A stretch of 64,000 nt of DNA from the human T2T-CHM13v2.0 reference genome, Homo sapiens: assembly GCF_009914755.1 (NCBI RefSeq), contig NC_060945.1, one strand, 5' to 3'. Of this stretch, positions 44,171 through 57,612 are shown one piece after another. The position numbers were made by a program, and so were the translations under genes. The notes below the pieces were generated by a model, which was not told where the DNA came from, searched no databases, and was given only the letters and a program-made list of their open reading frames with translations. The first letter of the stretch is position 1. Each line of letters opens with the position of its first letter.

Positions 44171-44699
44171 TACTACATGTCTTCTGAGATCCCTCCTTGT
44201 TCCACAGTTCGTAGAAGAACATGTTTCCATTTTCTTGCTCTCTGGTAACAAACAAAATGCAAGCAAGTCACCAATGGCCTCGGCTGAATGTTACTTTAAA
44301 ATGCACTTCATTCTCTACAACACTTATCCTTCCATTGTTAACATCCTTCCCGATCATTCCTATTATACTCCCTGGAAGCACATTTTCTGATAAATATAAA
44401 AATGAAAGTCAATATAAAAACAAAATACTTCAATTTCTTCCACATTTTCATAGAGTACTTTCTGAACCATTGTGTATTAGTTGAACTCCAAATGTATCCC
44501 GAAAATGGCATTTCCCTTAAACCTTTTTATTGTGGCTACTCATTTTCCTGTCCCATCTTCAATGAAGGGACTAAATCATTTCAGCATTTTTTTTTTTTTG
44601 CGGGTCTCCTATTTCTACTTTCAAACACTTCGGTGCAACATTTTGCACAATCTCTTGGAAGTTCATGCTCAGTAATAATACCACCAGCTGTGGGTATTT

Positions 44700-45600
44700 G
44701 TTGTCATAATATAGTGATCATTTCTCCAAAGAGATTGAGGAATATCACACTTGGATAACAGTCATTTGATTCTTCCATTTCTTCTTTTCTAAATTCGTAT
44801 TGGATTACTTCAATATACATAAATAGGATCTACCAAATACTCTATTAGCATAACTTTTGAAATCATCAACTTTCACTTCAGTTTCACTCTGCTTCTAAAA
44901 TGATCCTAGGTTGGGCCATGCTCCTTTATCTAGGGCTCTTATACTTATTATCTCAAATTTCAACACCTTGTTTTCGAAATATAACCTATTTGCCTTTCTG
45001 GCTATCATTTGTCCCTTAATCTAGGGCATATTTCCTTTGACAACAGTGTGATCTTCTGTGTCATTTCAACCATTTTCATTAGAGCATCTGCATCCTTTGA
45101 TTTTCACAACATGAAAAAATCAGAGCTCTGAGTATTGGTTAATAAAAACTGTCTCCTTTTCCACTACAACAGCAGAATGCCCACTTTCATAAGGGAAAAT
45201 ACAGAAGAGTCCTTTGAACTGGTACAGTCTACATATAACTTCTGCAGTCTCCTCAGTGGTTCTGAGAAAGAATTTGCTAACTGGTGGACTTTTTTTTTTT
45301 TCTATTTCCCCAGTGGCAATTTTAATTATTCACTGTGTCTTCACAGTTGTTTTCCATGATCTTTCAACTTTCATTTTTAGCTGATGTTCTTGCCCAACTA
45401 CTTCACTTGGAATAAAACAAGATTAGGTTAAAAAGATCTATCAATTTCTTATATTAAAATATGAAGACTCCCATCTGTAGCCACAACGACACTATATTTA
45501 TTTTTCCATTGTTATCGGTAAAAATGTCTTTCCACTTATGTGCCTGAAATTATTCCCTCCCTTACTTGCCTAGGGGACTTTTTCTATCAATTCTCTCCTT
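44700..45600 (+). mobile_element. L2 ORF2 fragment (degenerate)
   Basis: GGATTACTTCAATATACAT (GDFN-like) and CTGATGTTCTTGCCCAACTACTTCACT resemble L2. Confidence 0.55.
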
Positions 45601-45619
45601 CATTATTTATCCAGAATAT

Positions 45620-47550
45620 AATTATTTAATTCTTACTGTGTAATTAACACATCACTAGATGTTTTGGATATATTGGTGAACAAAATAGAAAAACAATGTT
45701 TTATCTTGATAGGTAAATTATAATGGGAAGGAGAGGATAAATACTAAACAATAAATAATAAATAAATACAGATAATAGAATATTAGAAGCTGGCAGTTTT
45801 GGAAATAGAGTAAATCACAGTAAAGAAAATCAGGGGTATTTGAAGAGGGCTGAGAAGGTTACAGTATTTAATAGGGTATTATAATTGACTACATTGAGAA
45901 TGTAAATCTTAAGCAAAAAGATGATTTGATAAAGAATTTATGAAATTATACAGGGATGCATTTCTGGCAGAGGTAACAGCTGGAGAAAAGACACTAAGTT
46001 GAAAGCATGCCTGATGAGTTTAAGTAATAGCAAGGGGACTGGGAGTTGCTGGTGTGGGCCAGTTAAAGAGAGAATAATAGGAGTTGATGACAGAGAACAT
46101 TAGCTTGACAGATTATATAAGACCTTGAGGTCCGTCGTAAGGACCTAGGACATTCAAAATTGATAGATTGAGACAAAGAGGAGGAAACAAAAAGATACTA
46201 AGGAATAGCAATCAGTGAGACAGGAGAAAAATGAAGAGAATCTTGTATCTTACAAATCAAGAGAAAAAACTATGCCTATGAAGGCTCAGCTGAGTGAAAT
46301 CCTGATGATCAGTCAAGTAGAATAGGAAACACAAATGTACCATTGCTTTTGGCAATATGAAAGTTGTTAGGGATAGTATCAAAGGCAGTTTCAGTGAAAT
46401 CATGGGCACAGTCTCAGTTAAATTTAAGAGAGATTGTGAGAAGAGGACTTAAAAACAGTGAGAGGAGACAATGTTTTTGCAGAGTTTTGCTGCAAAGGAT
46501 AGCAAATAAGTCAGGTAATAGTGGGGAAAGTTTCAAATCAGAGACATATGATCAGCATGTTTGTATCTGAATCAGAATAATTAGAGTGTGAAATATTGAG
46601 TATGTAGGAGAAAGCAGAAGGAAAAAATTCTGGTGTTATATCCCTAAGTTGGCAAGAGAAGATGAGACCTGACTCTAAGAAGTGGGAAGGCAGGGAAGTG
46701 AATGCAGACTTATGGGTGAATAGGTGTTGTGATTGGTTATGTGGAAGCTCTTTTCAGATTGCTTCAGTTTTCTCAGTGAAACAGCAAGCACAATCAGCAA
46801 CTGGGACAAAGGTAGGGGTGTGATACTGGAGGCTCGAGGAGAGAGAGCGTGTCAAATACTATTGAGAATGTGGAGGCATGAACATACCAACAATATGTGA
46901 TGTGACGTCTGCCAGCATTAAAGGTTTGCTTAAAGTCTATTGCTATTAATTTATAGTGACAGCAGTCAGTGTATTTTTTTATTCACCTTTACTTTGCTAG
47001 ATAGATGCAGATATGAAGTAGACACAGAAGTTGCTGTATTGTTGAATTTAACCATCATTATGGTTTTGCCAAAGAGTTCTGTTTTCATGCTGCTAATAAG
47101 ACATACCTGAGACTGGGTAATTTAGAAAGGGAAGAGCTTTAATTGACTCACACTTCCACATGGCTGGAGAGCCCTCACAATCATGGCGAAAGGCAATTGA
47201 GGAACAAAGTCGCGTCTTACATGGTGGCAGGTGAGAGAGCTTGTGTAGGGGAACTCCCATTTATAAAACCATCAGATCTCCTAAAATTTATTCACTACCA
47301 CGAGAACAGTATGGAGGAAACTACCCCCATGATTCAATTAACTCCACCTGGCCCTGCCCTTGACACGTGGGAATTATTACAATTCAAGGTGAGTTTTGGT
47401 TGGAGACACAGCCAAACCATATCAAGTCCAGTAAAGCAAGAACAGAAAGGAATCAGGGGTACTTCAGGGATTATGATGACTGGCCATGTAATTTGAGAGG
47501 GGACATTTTGGGGACAGAAGACCACAAAAAGGAAGAATCTCTGAACCAGA
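45620..47550 (-). mobile_element. L2a, interrupted by THE1
   Basis: Reverse L2 3' end (GGATATATTGGTGAACAAAATAG); purine-rich body; GATTGCTTCAGTTTTCTCAGTGAA. Confidence 0.7.
47075..47424 (-). mobile_element. THE1C-like solo LTR
   Basis: CTGTTTTCATGCTGCTAATAAGACATACC...ACAGCCAAACCATATCA. Confidence 0.92.
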
Positions 47551-47559
47551 GACTTTAAG

Positions 47560-47898
47560 GTAGTGGTCGACATTTTTGGCACCAGGGACAGGTTTCGTGG
47601 AAGACATTTTTTCTGTGAAGTGGGTAGAGGTGGGGGATGATTTGGGGATGCAATAGTTCCACCTCAGATCATTAGGCATTAGTTAAATTCTCAGAGGGAT
47701 GCACAACCTAGATCCCTTGCTTGCACAGTTCACAATAGAGTTCATTCTCCTATGAGAATCTAATGCTGCCACTGCTCTGACAGGAGGCAGAGCTTAGGTG
47801 GGAATGCTCTCTTGCCTGCTGCTCACCTCCTGCTCTGCAGCCCAGTTCCTAACAGGCATGCACAAATACTGACCCATGGCCAGGGTTAGGGACTCCTA
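47560..47898 (+). mobile_element. MER1B (hAT-Charlie)
   Basis: TTTTTGGCACCAGGGACAGGTTTCGTGGAAGACA...CTATGAGAATCTAATGCTGCCACTG. Confidence 0.88.
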
Positions 47899-48389
47899 CT
47901 CTAGTTGACTCAAAGGATGGCTAAGATGGAATTACAAGAGGGAGTGATTGCAAAGTTAGCTGTGTCTGTTCTTACTTCTGTGCCATAGTGAAGTGTTTCC
48001 TGGCCATTGCCATATCCTTCATAAGCTTCCACTGATGCCTAGCCCTGTAAGAAAAAAAGTGGATACACATATCCTTCTGTCCTCTGTGTGGTACACTAGG
48101 CTTTGATGTCTTACAGCACTTTTAGTGACTCCTTTCAGTTTTTACTTGCTGCTTTCCCATCTTCTTCTCCTGTGATAAATCCAGGAAAGACACGTCTAAA
48201 TGATAGCCCTCTACCAAAGGCCAAGCTTTCTGTCTTTGTATACTCAGGGTACGTCGTCTTTGAAATACTCAGTATTTGACATACTCAGGGTATGTTGTCT
48301 TCCAGGAGGCCTCTTATTTCTATCTGACAATTCACCGTCAGTGTTTTGTTGAATCAGTATAAATCAATCTTACTCATCTCATGTATATG

Positions 48390-48505
48390 CTTGTCTATCT
48401 CTACTTTGATGAATTTCTCAAAATCAGGGCCTGTCTCTTAGTCACTGTATCTATGTACAAGACCTAGCCAATGGCTAGCATAAAATAACGTATCCTAATT
48501 AATCA
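48390..48505 (+). mobile_element. L2 3' fragment
   Basis: CAGGGCCTGTCTCTTAGTCACTGTATCT...ACCTAGC. Confidence 0.55.
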
Positions 48506-48724
48506 AAAGATCTGTTATCACCTGAAATTCAGCTCCATATCTAATTACATACTTGATCTATCATGACTATTTCCCATTCACCACACGTTTGGAAAATATA
48601 ACATTGAGCTAATTCATTACTTACCTATCCAGAGAGGCTCACTGCTCTGATGTCCTTCTCCACCACCCCGCTCCCTGCAAGTATTCACAACATTTTCTAA
48701 ACCACCTATGTTTGGAACTCTGGG

Positions 48725-48842
48725 TCTTTCTTTCATCTCACTTCTGCATTTTTCAGATCCCTTTACCAAACCTTATAAGTAATTTATATTTCTTTCATCT
48801 GGCTTTTGCTGTTTCCAGATCCCTTTACCAAGCCCTATAAAC
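48725..48842. repeat. Diverged 62-bp tandem duplication
   Basis: TTCTTTCATCT at 48728 and 48790; CAGATCCCTTTACCAA at 48754 and 48816. Confidence 0.85.
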
Positions 48843-48920
48843 AAATATTTTAAAATGTCTTATTCACTAATTTCTTTATTTTTATTTCTATTGCAGTCAC
48901 TCTTTTTCTTAGATTCAGAG

Positions 48921-49200
48921 TCATTTACTCATTCTATAAATTATTTTTAAGCACCTACTAAGAGCCAGAGACCTACTAAGTGCTAGGTGCTGGAGAGAGA
49001 GTTTTAAACAAACCACGCAAAGTCTATTCTTTCATGGAGCTTGCATTCTAAATGCCTTAGCAAGAAAGTATAAAATAGTGCTTCTGTGCTATTTAAGAAT
49101 TTAAAACCGAGTTTGGGATAGAAAGTGACCTGGAGTCTACTTTACATTGAGTGATGGAAGGTTCCCTGAGAAAGTGACATGAAAACTGACCTAAATTAAT
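48921..49200 (-). mobile_element. L2a 3' fragment
   Basis: TAAGCACCTACTA...GTGCTAGGTGCTGG...CATGGAGCTTGCATTCTA. Confidence 0.75.
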
Positions 49201-49944
49201 GACATTCACTGACACCTTTGCTGACTGTTCCACATCTCTTGTATCTCACTCTGTCCTACAGATCTTTCTGCCCTCGCACTTATTTAGTGTATTACATAAG
49301 GTAGCCATTGAAAATATGTAACTTGGTATTTTTATCATAATTGTCTCAGGTATATCAACTATGAACTTAGAGTATAAAGTCTCTGAGAGTGAGACTATCA
49401 CCATCTATACCAACATGCAAAGGAAGGAGCCTCTGAAATGGGAGGTAAAATGTTAGCTTTCCTGTTTTTATACTCAGAATTTTAGTTTTATATTTGTTAA
49501 TAGAAATTTTAAGACTAATTTAAAAATAGATTCACTTATTCCTAAAACTCTTCATATTTATCACCTGAATATGAATTCCTCCAGCAGTGTTTTTTTTCCA
49601 CTAATATCACCTACACATTGCTGCTCTCCTTCTATGACTTTTTGAATGCACATAAACTTATTGTTTCATTTCTGAAACGCACTTAAGTCTTCCTGAGGCT
49701 ATATTCAATAGCAATTAAATTTAACTTGTGTCATACCAATAATACACATAACTCAGTTAAAATGACAATGAACAGCTTTGAATGGGTTCACAGGTCCACA
49801 GCAATAGCATGCTTACCACCTGAGTGACTGTGATTGACAGGCACCATACCCAGATTGTAGGATGTGCTCTAATTTTACAGATCTTACATTGAAAGGTTAA
49901 AAAAAAATTTATCTTAGAAATGCTAAAATGAAGTAATCTATCCT

Positions 49945-50190
49945 CAGCTGATGTTCCATGGAAGAGCCCTCTGTAGGAGATTGACAGGTATGCTGAAAAG
50001 AGTTTGGGAATGCTGAGTTAAATACAGTTAAATTGGAGTCTCAGGACCTTCCAGAATCTTCAGTATGCAATAGGAACTATGTATTCCAAAAGGATTTATT
50101 TTTCAGTGTTTAACTAAGAACCCTTGTTTTCACTGTTCTCAGCCTTTGGAGTTAGTGTTCTATGGGATAAAATTTGGGCACTGATCTGGA
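49945..50190. mobile_element. Possible old hAT-Charlie MER-type relic
   Basis: TGTTCCATGGAA...AGTTTGGGAATGCTGAGTTAAA...TGTTCTATGGGATAAAATTTGGG has the style of old hAT MITEs; subfamily not assignable. Confidence 0.35.
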
Positions 50191-51600
50191 CAGCAGAAAT
50201 AATATCCAAAGAAATATAGGTTATTACTTGATCCATAGATAAGAAAATGCAGGATTTTAGTGAGCTGTAAAAGCCTGAAGATCAAGATGTGGACCTGAAG
50301 GCCCATCTATTTGAGACATCCACTGGCTGTGGGCCTCTTCCTCTTAAGCTGGCTATAAAATCAATATAGCTCATACCATCTTCCTGTTAACATTTCCCCC
50401 TGTAGTTAGCTGCATGTCCTAGATTTTCAACATGGTCCAAGTATAAAATACTTTGTCCCATTATCAACTAAGTATCTCATGTGATTTCTTGCAAAGTCAG
50501 GTTATTAGAATATAATGTGGGCACGACACACAGAGGCAGAGCCCAACCTCAGCAACCTTTTTCCCCTTGAAATGTTTATTTTCAAAATTATCATACAAAA
50601 ATTCGAAAGAAAGAACAATAAACATTTGCATAGCTTTCTATTCTCACTTTTACGCTAATGTACTTTGAGTCTAGAGGTAAGGCATTTCAGTGCTCTCATG
50701 AATGAAATGATGTAGTTGTGTGATCTTCAGGGATTCATTTGCCTTTAACATTTTGTAAGACCATGTAAGTCATAAGTAATTATAATAATAAAAAATTTAG
50801 AAAATATTATCTTTCATTTCTAGCACCATTATTCAAATCTTAGTAACACCACAATGTTTATCTGTGCCTGGCATTTTTCATTTCACATAATTTCTAGTAG
50901 CACGAATAAACATTTAACAAGAGATTCCTAGGAGGAAAACTGACCTTCTAAGACTAAAGCCCAAGGGAGTCACAATTAAGGATTTGAAATAATTAGTCTG
51001 GTTCTGTAATGTTGTACCTCCTTTTATTCTTACCATTTAGTCTCATTCCGAAAGTTTAACTAACCCTAAGTACATTTATCATTCCAGGAGCGTTATTATA
51101 CTCTGCGTCTAGCAACATCTTAGGTATCAAATAATTCATCTTGCAAAGTAGAAGCACCTTTTATTTTTCTTCTCTTCCTATATCTCAGTATCTTAATTGC
51201 AATGACTCATGAGCTGACTTTTTTTGTTTTTTTCCCGGTTTGCTCACGGTCGTGCTGATGTGTCACAGAACAGTGACTACAACTTCTGCTGTAATTGATG
51301 GGAACGAATTCTTCTGGGATGTGTTAATACAGCTGCAGGCAGTAAGGCAAGCAGCGAATGGAAACTAAATGGGTTCAGGAGCTCTAGAGACAATGATGTT
51401 GCTGGAGGCGGAGAGGTAGGCAGCCACTAATAACTACAGCTAAACAGTGGGACGAAATCATGCACTAGGTTTGTTTCACCAATCAGTATATATCATATGC
51501 ATTTGGCAGTTCGGAGTAATTCTTTCTTTCCCAAACCAATTAGCCCTTCACTGTGGTGCTAACTAGTGCATATGTAGCTGCTAGTTAGAATAATCACTAG

Positions 51601-51747
51601 CATTAGGAGATATACGTAATGTAAATGACGAGTTAATGGGTGCAGCACACCAACATGGCACATGTATACATATGTAACAAACCTGCACGTTGTGGACATG
51701 TACCCTAGTACTTAAAGTATAAAAAAAAATGTAAAAAAAAAAAAAAA
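51601..51747 (+). mobile_element. Very short L1PA4/5-like 3'-end insertion
   Basis: CATTAGGAGATATAC..AATGTAAATGACGAGTTAATGGGTGCAGCACACCAAC plus poly-A; perfect 14-bp TSD AGAATAATCACTAG at 51587 and 51748. Confidence 0.95.
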
Positions 51748-51896
51748 AGAATAATCACTAGGCCTTTGATTTTATGTGCCCATGTTAAAGATATAGATTT
51801 TCTTTGGTGTTTTGAAGACAAACTATGTCTTTCTTAATCTTGAATACTTTTTCCAAAGACCATGATTCTATTTAGCTTGAAATTAAGATTATTCCT

Positions 51897-52194
51897 GGCC
51901 GGGCGCGGTGGCTCACGCCTGTAATCCCAGCACTTTGGGAGGCAGAAGCGGGTGGATCATGAGGTCAGGAGATCGAGACCATCCTGGCTAACACAGTGAA
52001 ACCCCGTCTCTACTAAAAATACAAAAATTATCGGGGCTTGGTGGTGGGCGCCTGTAGTCCCAACTACTCGGGAGGCTGAGGCAGAATGGCGTGAACCCTG
52101 GAGGCGGAGCTTGCAGTGAGCCGAGATTGCGCCACTGCGCTCCAACCTGGGAGACAGAGTGAGACTCCGTCTCAAAAAACAAAACAAAACAAAA
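51897..52194 (+). mobile_element. AluY
   Basis: GGCCGGGCGCGG; GAGATCGAGACCATCCTGGCTAACAC; GGCGGAGCTTGCAG; (CAAAA)n tail; TSD AAGATTATTC. Confidence 0.97.
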
Positions 52195-52286
52195 AAGATT
52201 ATTCTTTACATATTCGTTTGGTGTTCTAAACTTTCTAAACTTGGAACCATATAATTATAGTTTTGGTTCAAACATTTAATTTTGCT

Positions 52287-52423
52287 GGTTGGGTGTGGTT
52301 AATCCCAGCATTTTGGAAGGCCAAGGCAGGAGGATTGCTTGAGACCAGGAGTTTGAGACCAGCCTGGGCAACATAGTAAGACTATGTCTGCAAAATCAAT
52401 CAATCAATCATTCATCATCATCA
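52287..52423 (+). mobile_element. FLAM (free left Alu monomer)
   Basis: Single monomer GGAGGATTGCTTGAGACCAGGAGTTTGAGACCAGCCTGGGCAACATAG; TSD TAATTTTGCTG. Confidence 0.88.
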
Positions 52424-55026
52424 TAATTTTGCTGATCAGGAGTTTGGTCTAAAAAGAATGAGTTAGTTGCCCAAGATCTCAGCACTGCTTATGGGCAGTC
52501 TTCAGGTAAAAGAAAATGATAAGGTTCATCATGGTTAGATTTACCAGCAATTCGGTAAAATATACTGAGAGCTTATAGTGTGTTACGCATAGGACAGGGG
52601 TGCAAAGATGAATTTAATTGACACTTGGAAATATACAAACACAAATTATTTCCAGGTATATATTCTTTACCAGTGACATGTACAAAGTGCTGCATGGGAG
52701 AAAAAAAATCTTAATTTGGATTGGAGAGTTGGAAGACAATGAAACACATACAGTCAGTGGCAGATATTATTGGTGGAAAAGCAGAAGTCCTGTTGCAGAG
52801 TCCTTGCAGACTGTAGTGGCATTTTGTGAACGTATTTATAATCTGAGTTTCACAAATATGTAAAACTACAATTTTCCTACCTGTAATTTGTATTTGTTTC
52901 ATAGCACAATGAAGAGAAGCCAGAATGTATTTAGATTTTATGTGGAATCTTTAGATATTAAAATCACCTTATTTTCATTTCTCCAAATAGAAATAAATGT
53001 TCCATGCTCTTGTCATGGCCAATTTCGCTTACTAAATAACAAAAAACAAAGGCATATTGTTTTTCACAGCCTTGGCTTGACGTTATGTGGGTGACTTCCA
53101 TGGCTATCTACATATCCTTGGTTTTGATACTAAACATCGTATCGATTACTGTTATTACAAAGATAACTGTATATAAAGGTCCTAGAGTCGTCAAGTCATT
53201 ATTCATAATTCCTTTAACAGGCATATTTCTTTGTAAATAAAGAATTGGGCATGAAGTTAACTTACATGTCCAGTTGGGAAGAATTTAATGACTCTACCAC
53301 CATATGGTGTCTGGCATCTTCCTAGAGAGCCACAAGTCACAACATAAAAAATCACTGCACTACAGTGTCAGACATGGATTTCAGCCTCCTGCTGAAATAC
53401 TCAAGGAGTGTTCAATATTTGTGTCAGCTTTCAGCAGGCATTTTGATGAATATGAATGTAATAGAAATGTCTGAATCTGTGTATGAATCAAATATAAGCC
53501 AAATATTAACTGCCTCCTAAGAGAAAATGCTTTGATTATTTTTTCACTTGTTTTTCTGTCTGCCTGGTCATTTCTTGAGGCATCAGACTTCATACTGGTT
53601 TAGTGTTGGAGTCTCATTCTTCCGGGGAGGAAGGACAAATTAAGGGGACATATAAAAAATTTTTTTTAAAAGTATCTTAAATCTGTTACTTTTTGAAAGG
53701 ACAACTATAAAGTTTACTATCTTCCAAAGAGGTCTTAAAATTCATAAAGGAGAGTTTAATTGCAGGATTTATGTTATAATTATGCATAGCCAGAAAGTCA
53801 TGAAGCAATACTAAACATTCCTCACATGCTGTCAAGTCCACTGTCTTCAAAATAATTGTAATGTAAACGGTTATGTCTGACCAAAAGGTAAAGCGTCCTC
53901 ACATCTCATGTAAATTAAATGTTTCAGAGGTTAGAGAATGACAAACCTGCTCTTCACCCCCTATTTAGAGAAATAAGGGTAGTTTAAGTTGGGCATAATA
54001 ATGTAGATAAAGTAATACAAATAAAACAACAAAGTTATCCAGTTATTTTGTTGTGGACATTGTGGCTCCAGAACTTTTATTAACTGCTCACTGGTATACA
54101 ATGGCTTCATTAAGTGCTATTATCAGGTTTTAAAAGAGTGTCTTTACAACCTTATGTTATTCAAAAACTTGGGAGAACTTCTTTAGACTGTAAGTCTTCA
54201 GGGAGAAATGATTTTTTCAAAAGAAAAATACATGAAAAGTACCTAGGTTTATATTTCTCTGGCCATAATTGACCAGCTACGGTTTTAGAGATCAATTTGT
54301 GGCTTGTGTGTTTATATCTGTCCCTTTAGACATTGTAAATTTTTATACAAAAGAGTAGCTGCAAATGTTCTCCTTCCCAACTGACAAAAGAAGAAGAAGA
54401 AATAAATAAATAATACCGTTAACATGAAAGAGTTCATAGGTGGTGTGGAATTTCAATAGGAAACCTAAGCCTGGATTAAAGGGCTTGATACATATACACT
54501 TGGATTTCTCATATGTAAAATAAAGGATTACATTAAATAACCTTCTAATTTTAACTTTCGTTACTTCATGATTCATAATATTGATTCTTAAGAATCATTT
54601 CTCTTTGTTTTTTTTTTTGGATAAATAAATGCCTTGCATGTAAGTATAAAAAATACTCTGAATCAGTCACCAATTGTTCTTCTTCAGTAACTATGGTTTC
54701 CTATATACTTGTTAAAATGTTCTATCCTCTTACTATTGCCAATTTCACTTACTAAATAATATAAAAAAGAAAAAAACACTGTTTTTTATACCTTTGTCAA
54801 TAAATTATGGACGTCCATGGTTGTCTACGTATGTGGCTGTCCACATATAGTAAATACATATTTTATGTATTCTAATTAATGTAGTTCACATTTTTATATG
54901 CCCCAAGCACTCACGTGCCTTATGTTCAGTTGGGAAGGCAAGTCATGTAGAATCATACTACCAAACTCTACTTCTGTATTAAATAGGACCCTATACATTC
55001 TAATTATGATACTTTTACTATCGATG

Positions 55027-55032
55027 GAGAGA

Positions 55033-55059
<27 letters not shown>
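55027..55059. repeat. (GA)n microsatellite
   Basis: Read directly from the sequence; one GG interruption. Confidence 0.95.
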
Positions 55060-55063
<4 letters not shown>

Positions 55064-55129
55064 TACGTTGAATAGAAGACATCATCAGGCAAGATGATAT
55101 TAAATCCCTTTGAAGATTATTTTTCTATC

Positions 55130-55558
55130 GGTAGTGGGTTGAGTGGTAGTCCTCCAAGAGATATTTTCACGTGGAACATGCAAATGTGACTTTTTTTTAG
55201 AATAAGGATCTTTGCAGATGTGATTAAATAAATATATTGAAAGAGAAAATCCTGATTAATTAGAGTGAGCCCTCAATCCAATGTAAAATATCCTTAGAAA
55301 AGAAGAGAAGGGGAGAAGATACATGAGAAAGGACGTCTGACAATGGAAGCAGAAACTTGGGTAATGCAGCCCCAGGAACATCTGGAGCCATCAGAATTTG
55401 CAAGAGGCAAGGAAGGATTCTTTCCTAGAGCCCTCAGGGGGAGTAAGGGGCCTCTTGACATCTGGGTTTAGGAGCTCTGGTCACCGAATCTATGAGAAGA
55501 GACATTTAGGTTGTTTTAAGCTATCAGTTTGTTATGGCAGCCCCAGTAAACTAATACA
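55130..55558 (+). mobile_element. MLT1B-like MaLR solo LTR
   Basis: GTAGTGGGTTGA...CTTTGCAGATGTGATTAA...GTTATGGCAGCCCCAGTAAACTAATACA; TSD CTATC. Confidence 0.88.
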
Positions 55559-55729
55559 CTATCATTGTCATAAACTTTATAAAACCAGGACTAATACATA
55601 CATGGAAAGCTGAATCCATTTAGGAACTATATAGCACATTCAAACTGAGAAATTCAAGAGAAGGTAACAAAGTGACTCTTTACAAATGTGAGGTCAGGAT
55701 ACAGGACAGCGAAAGTGGTAGTGTGGTAA

Positions 55730-56172
55730 GGGTGCTTGCTAGGGCTGTCATAACCAAACATCACAGGCTATGTAGCTTAAACAACAGGAATTTATTTTCT
55801 CACAGTTCTGGAAGCTGGAAGTCCAAGACCAAGGTGCTGGCAGGGTTGGTGTCTCCCAAGGCCTCCTCCTGGGTTGCAGATGGCCACCTGCTCACTGTGA
55901 CCTCATATAGCCTATTCTCTTTGCACTGCATACGTGGTCTCTCATACATGTCCTAATCTTCTCTTCTTGTTAGGTGGGTGCAAAAGTAATTGCGTTTTTT
56001 GCCATTGTATAGAGACACCAGTCAGACTGGATTAGGGCCCATAATAAGAGCCTCCTTTTCACGTAATTACCTCTTTGAGGGCCCTATCTCCATATACAGC
56101 CACATTCTAATGCACTGGGGGAATAGAGCTTTAACATATGAATTTAGAGGAGTTACAATTTAGTTCATAACA
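55730..56172 (-). mobile_element. MLT1A/MLT1A0 solo LTR
   Basis: GCTAGGGCTGTCATAAC...CTCACAGTTCTGGAAGCTGGAAGTCCAAG...TTCATAACA. Confidence 0.88.
55970..56006. mobile_element. Half MADE1 (single Hsmar1 TIR arm)
   Basis: TTAGGTGGGTGCAAAAGTAATTGCGTTTTTTGCCATT inserted in MLT1A. Confidence 0.85.
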
Positions 56173-57612
56173 TTGCTCTTAGCAAGGCCCCAAAGGGTGA
56201 GAACAGGATGAAATTATTTGAACCCAAAGACACAGAAGGCTTTGTGGAGAGGGTTGCCTTCTAGGAGCTGCCAGCTTTGATGGAGAGATAACAGCAAAGC
56301 CACAGAGGAAGGCAAGCTAGAGAGTCAATTCTTCTCTTCCTTAATTCATCTCAGGGCAAGAAACACCACCTCGATAAGACATACACAGCAGGCTTCCAGT
56401 GCCCAGAGCAAGGCTGAGAAGGATGGAGAGAGAGTCTGAGGTGGCCAATGGAAGACACTTAGCAAAACTGAACATTGAAAATCATTTCATGGAGACCACT
56501 TTAGCCAACTCTGCAGCCTGAATGTGTTAGCAAAATGGGTCTGGAGTAACAAAATACATCTTACCAACTCTTACTATAACTGAGGAGTTCATGAAAATGG
56601 TCTAGAAGAATAAAGTACATGTTGACAACTCATTATAACTGAGGAGTTAATAAAAACAACATAAATTTGTATAATATGATCTCAAAATTATAGGCATGCC
56701 CTGGAAGTTCTAAAAATCTTAATTCTTACTAAATTATGTTTTGTATTTTCAATTGAAGTGTATGTATTTATGTCTTCATAAACACTATGTGGTTTAGAAC
56801 ATCACAGATGTTGACAGGCATTCTAAGATTTAAGCGCTGAATGCTTAGCAGGGCTGTACTCCTGATATTCAAAATGCACTTACTCACATTTTAACTTACC
56901 TATACTCTAGGTATCTTCTTTGTTATGTGGAAAGATTATTAATATCCAAGAATATTACAAACTTATGGGATATGATTTTAATAAAACAATTGCTAGAGAA
57001 ATGATTTTTGCGTGTAGCATAGTTCTTACTGTATCTTCACTACCCAGCACTAATTGATATTTGATAAACATTTACTTAACTGAATTAAACTGCAAATAGA
57101 CTTGGCTCATTTTCCTACATATATAAATAAGCCCCTAGTACATAATTATTATTTGAACATCTTTATGTATTAGAAACTAAGTAATAGGTGGTAAATATTG
57201 GGATTTATTACCAGGCTGTTCTTATTGCCCATAGACTCCTTAGTCATTTTATATTAAGCCGTTTAATAAATAAAATAAATAAAAATGATTATTTTTAACA
57301 AATCGTCTCATATATTGATATGTATATTGTTTTTCTAATCATATTTGGCAGGGAAATGAAATTGCTTTGGGTGGAAAGCTGTCAGGAATATTCTTGAGAC
57401 TTAACTCCTACATGAAAATACTGATTGTTAAATCCCTAAAAATAATTAAATTAATGCTTCTATATGTGTTGATATATTTTCCTGAGAATAGATGATGTGG
57501 GGAAAAGAATTGTATCTCATTATAATTTGTGATCAATTTCACTAGAAAATATTTCAGAACAACAGTCAAAATTGTGAAACTAATTAAAATGTATACAGCA
57601 GCTGAGAAAAAG

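Larger units (their letters stand above)
55600..56466 (-). mobile_element. LTR33/LTR41-like ERVL LTR, interrupted by MLT1A
   Basis: GCACATTCAAACTGAGAAATTCAAGAG...TTTACAAATGTG and CAGAGCAAGGCTGAGAAGGATGGAGAG...GGAAGACACTTAGCA. Confidence 0.55.

Noticed and set aside
44221-44758. Overlapping ORFs as a processed pseudogene or transposase
   Set aside because: No recognisable protein motifs; the adjoining sequence is better explained as degenerate L2
45360-46810. Opposed L2 segments as a long dsRNA-forming inverted repeat
   Set aside because: They overlap in L2 consensus but are too diverged for extended pairing; probably two independent ancient insertions
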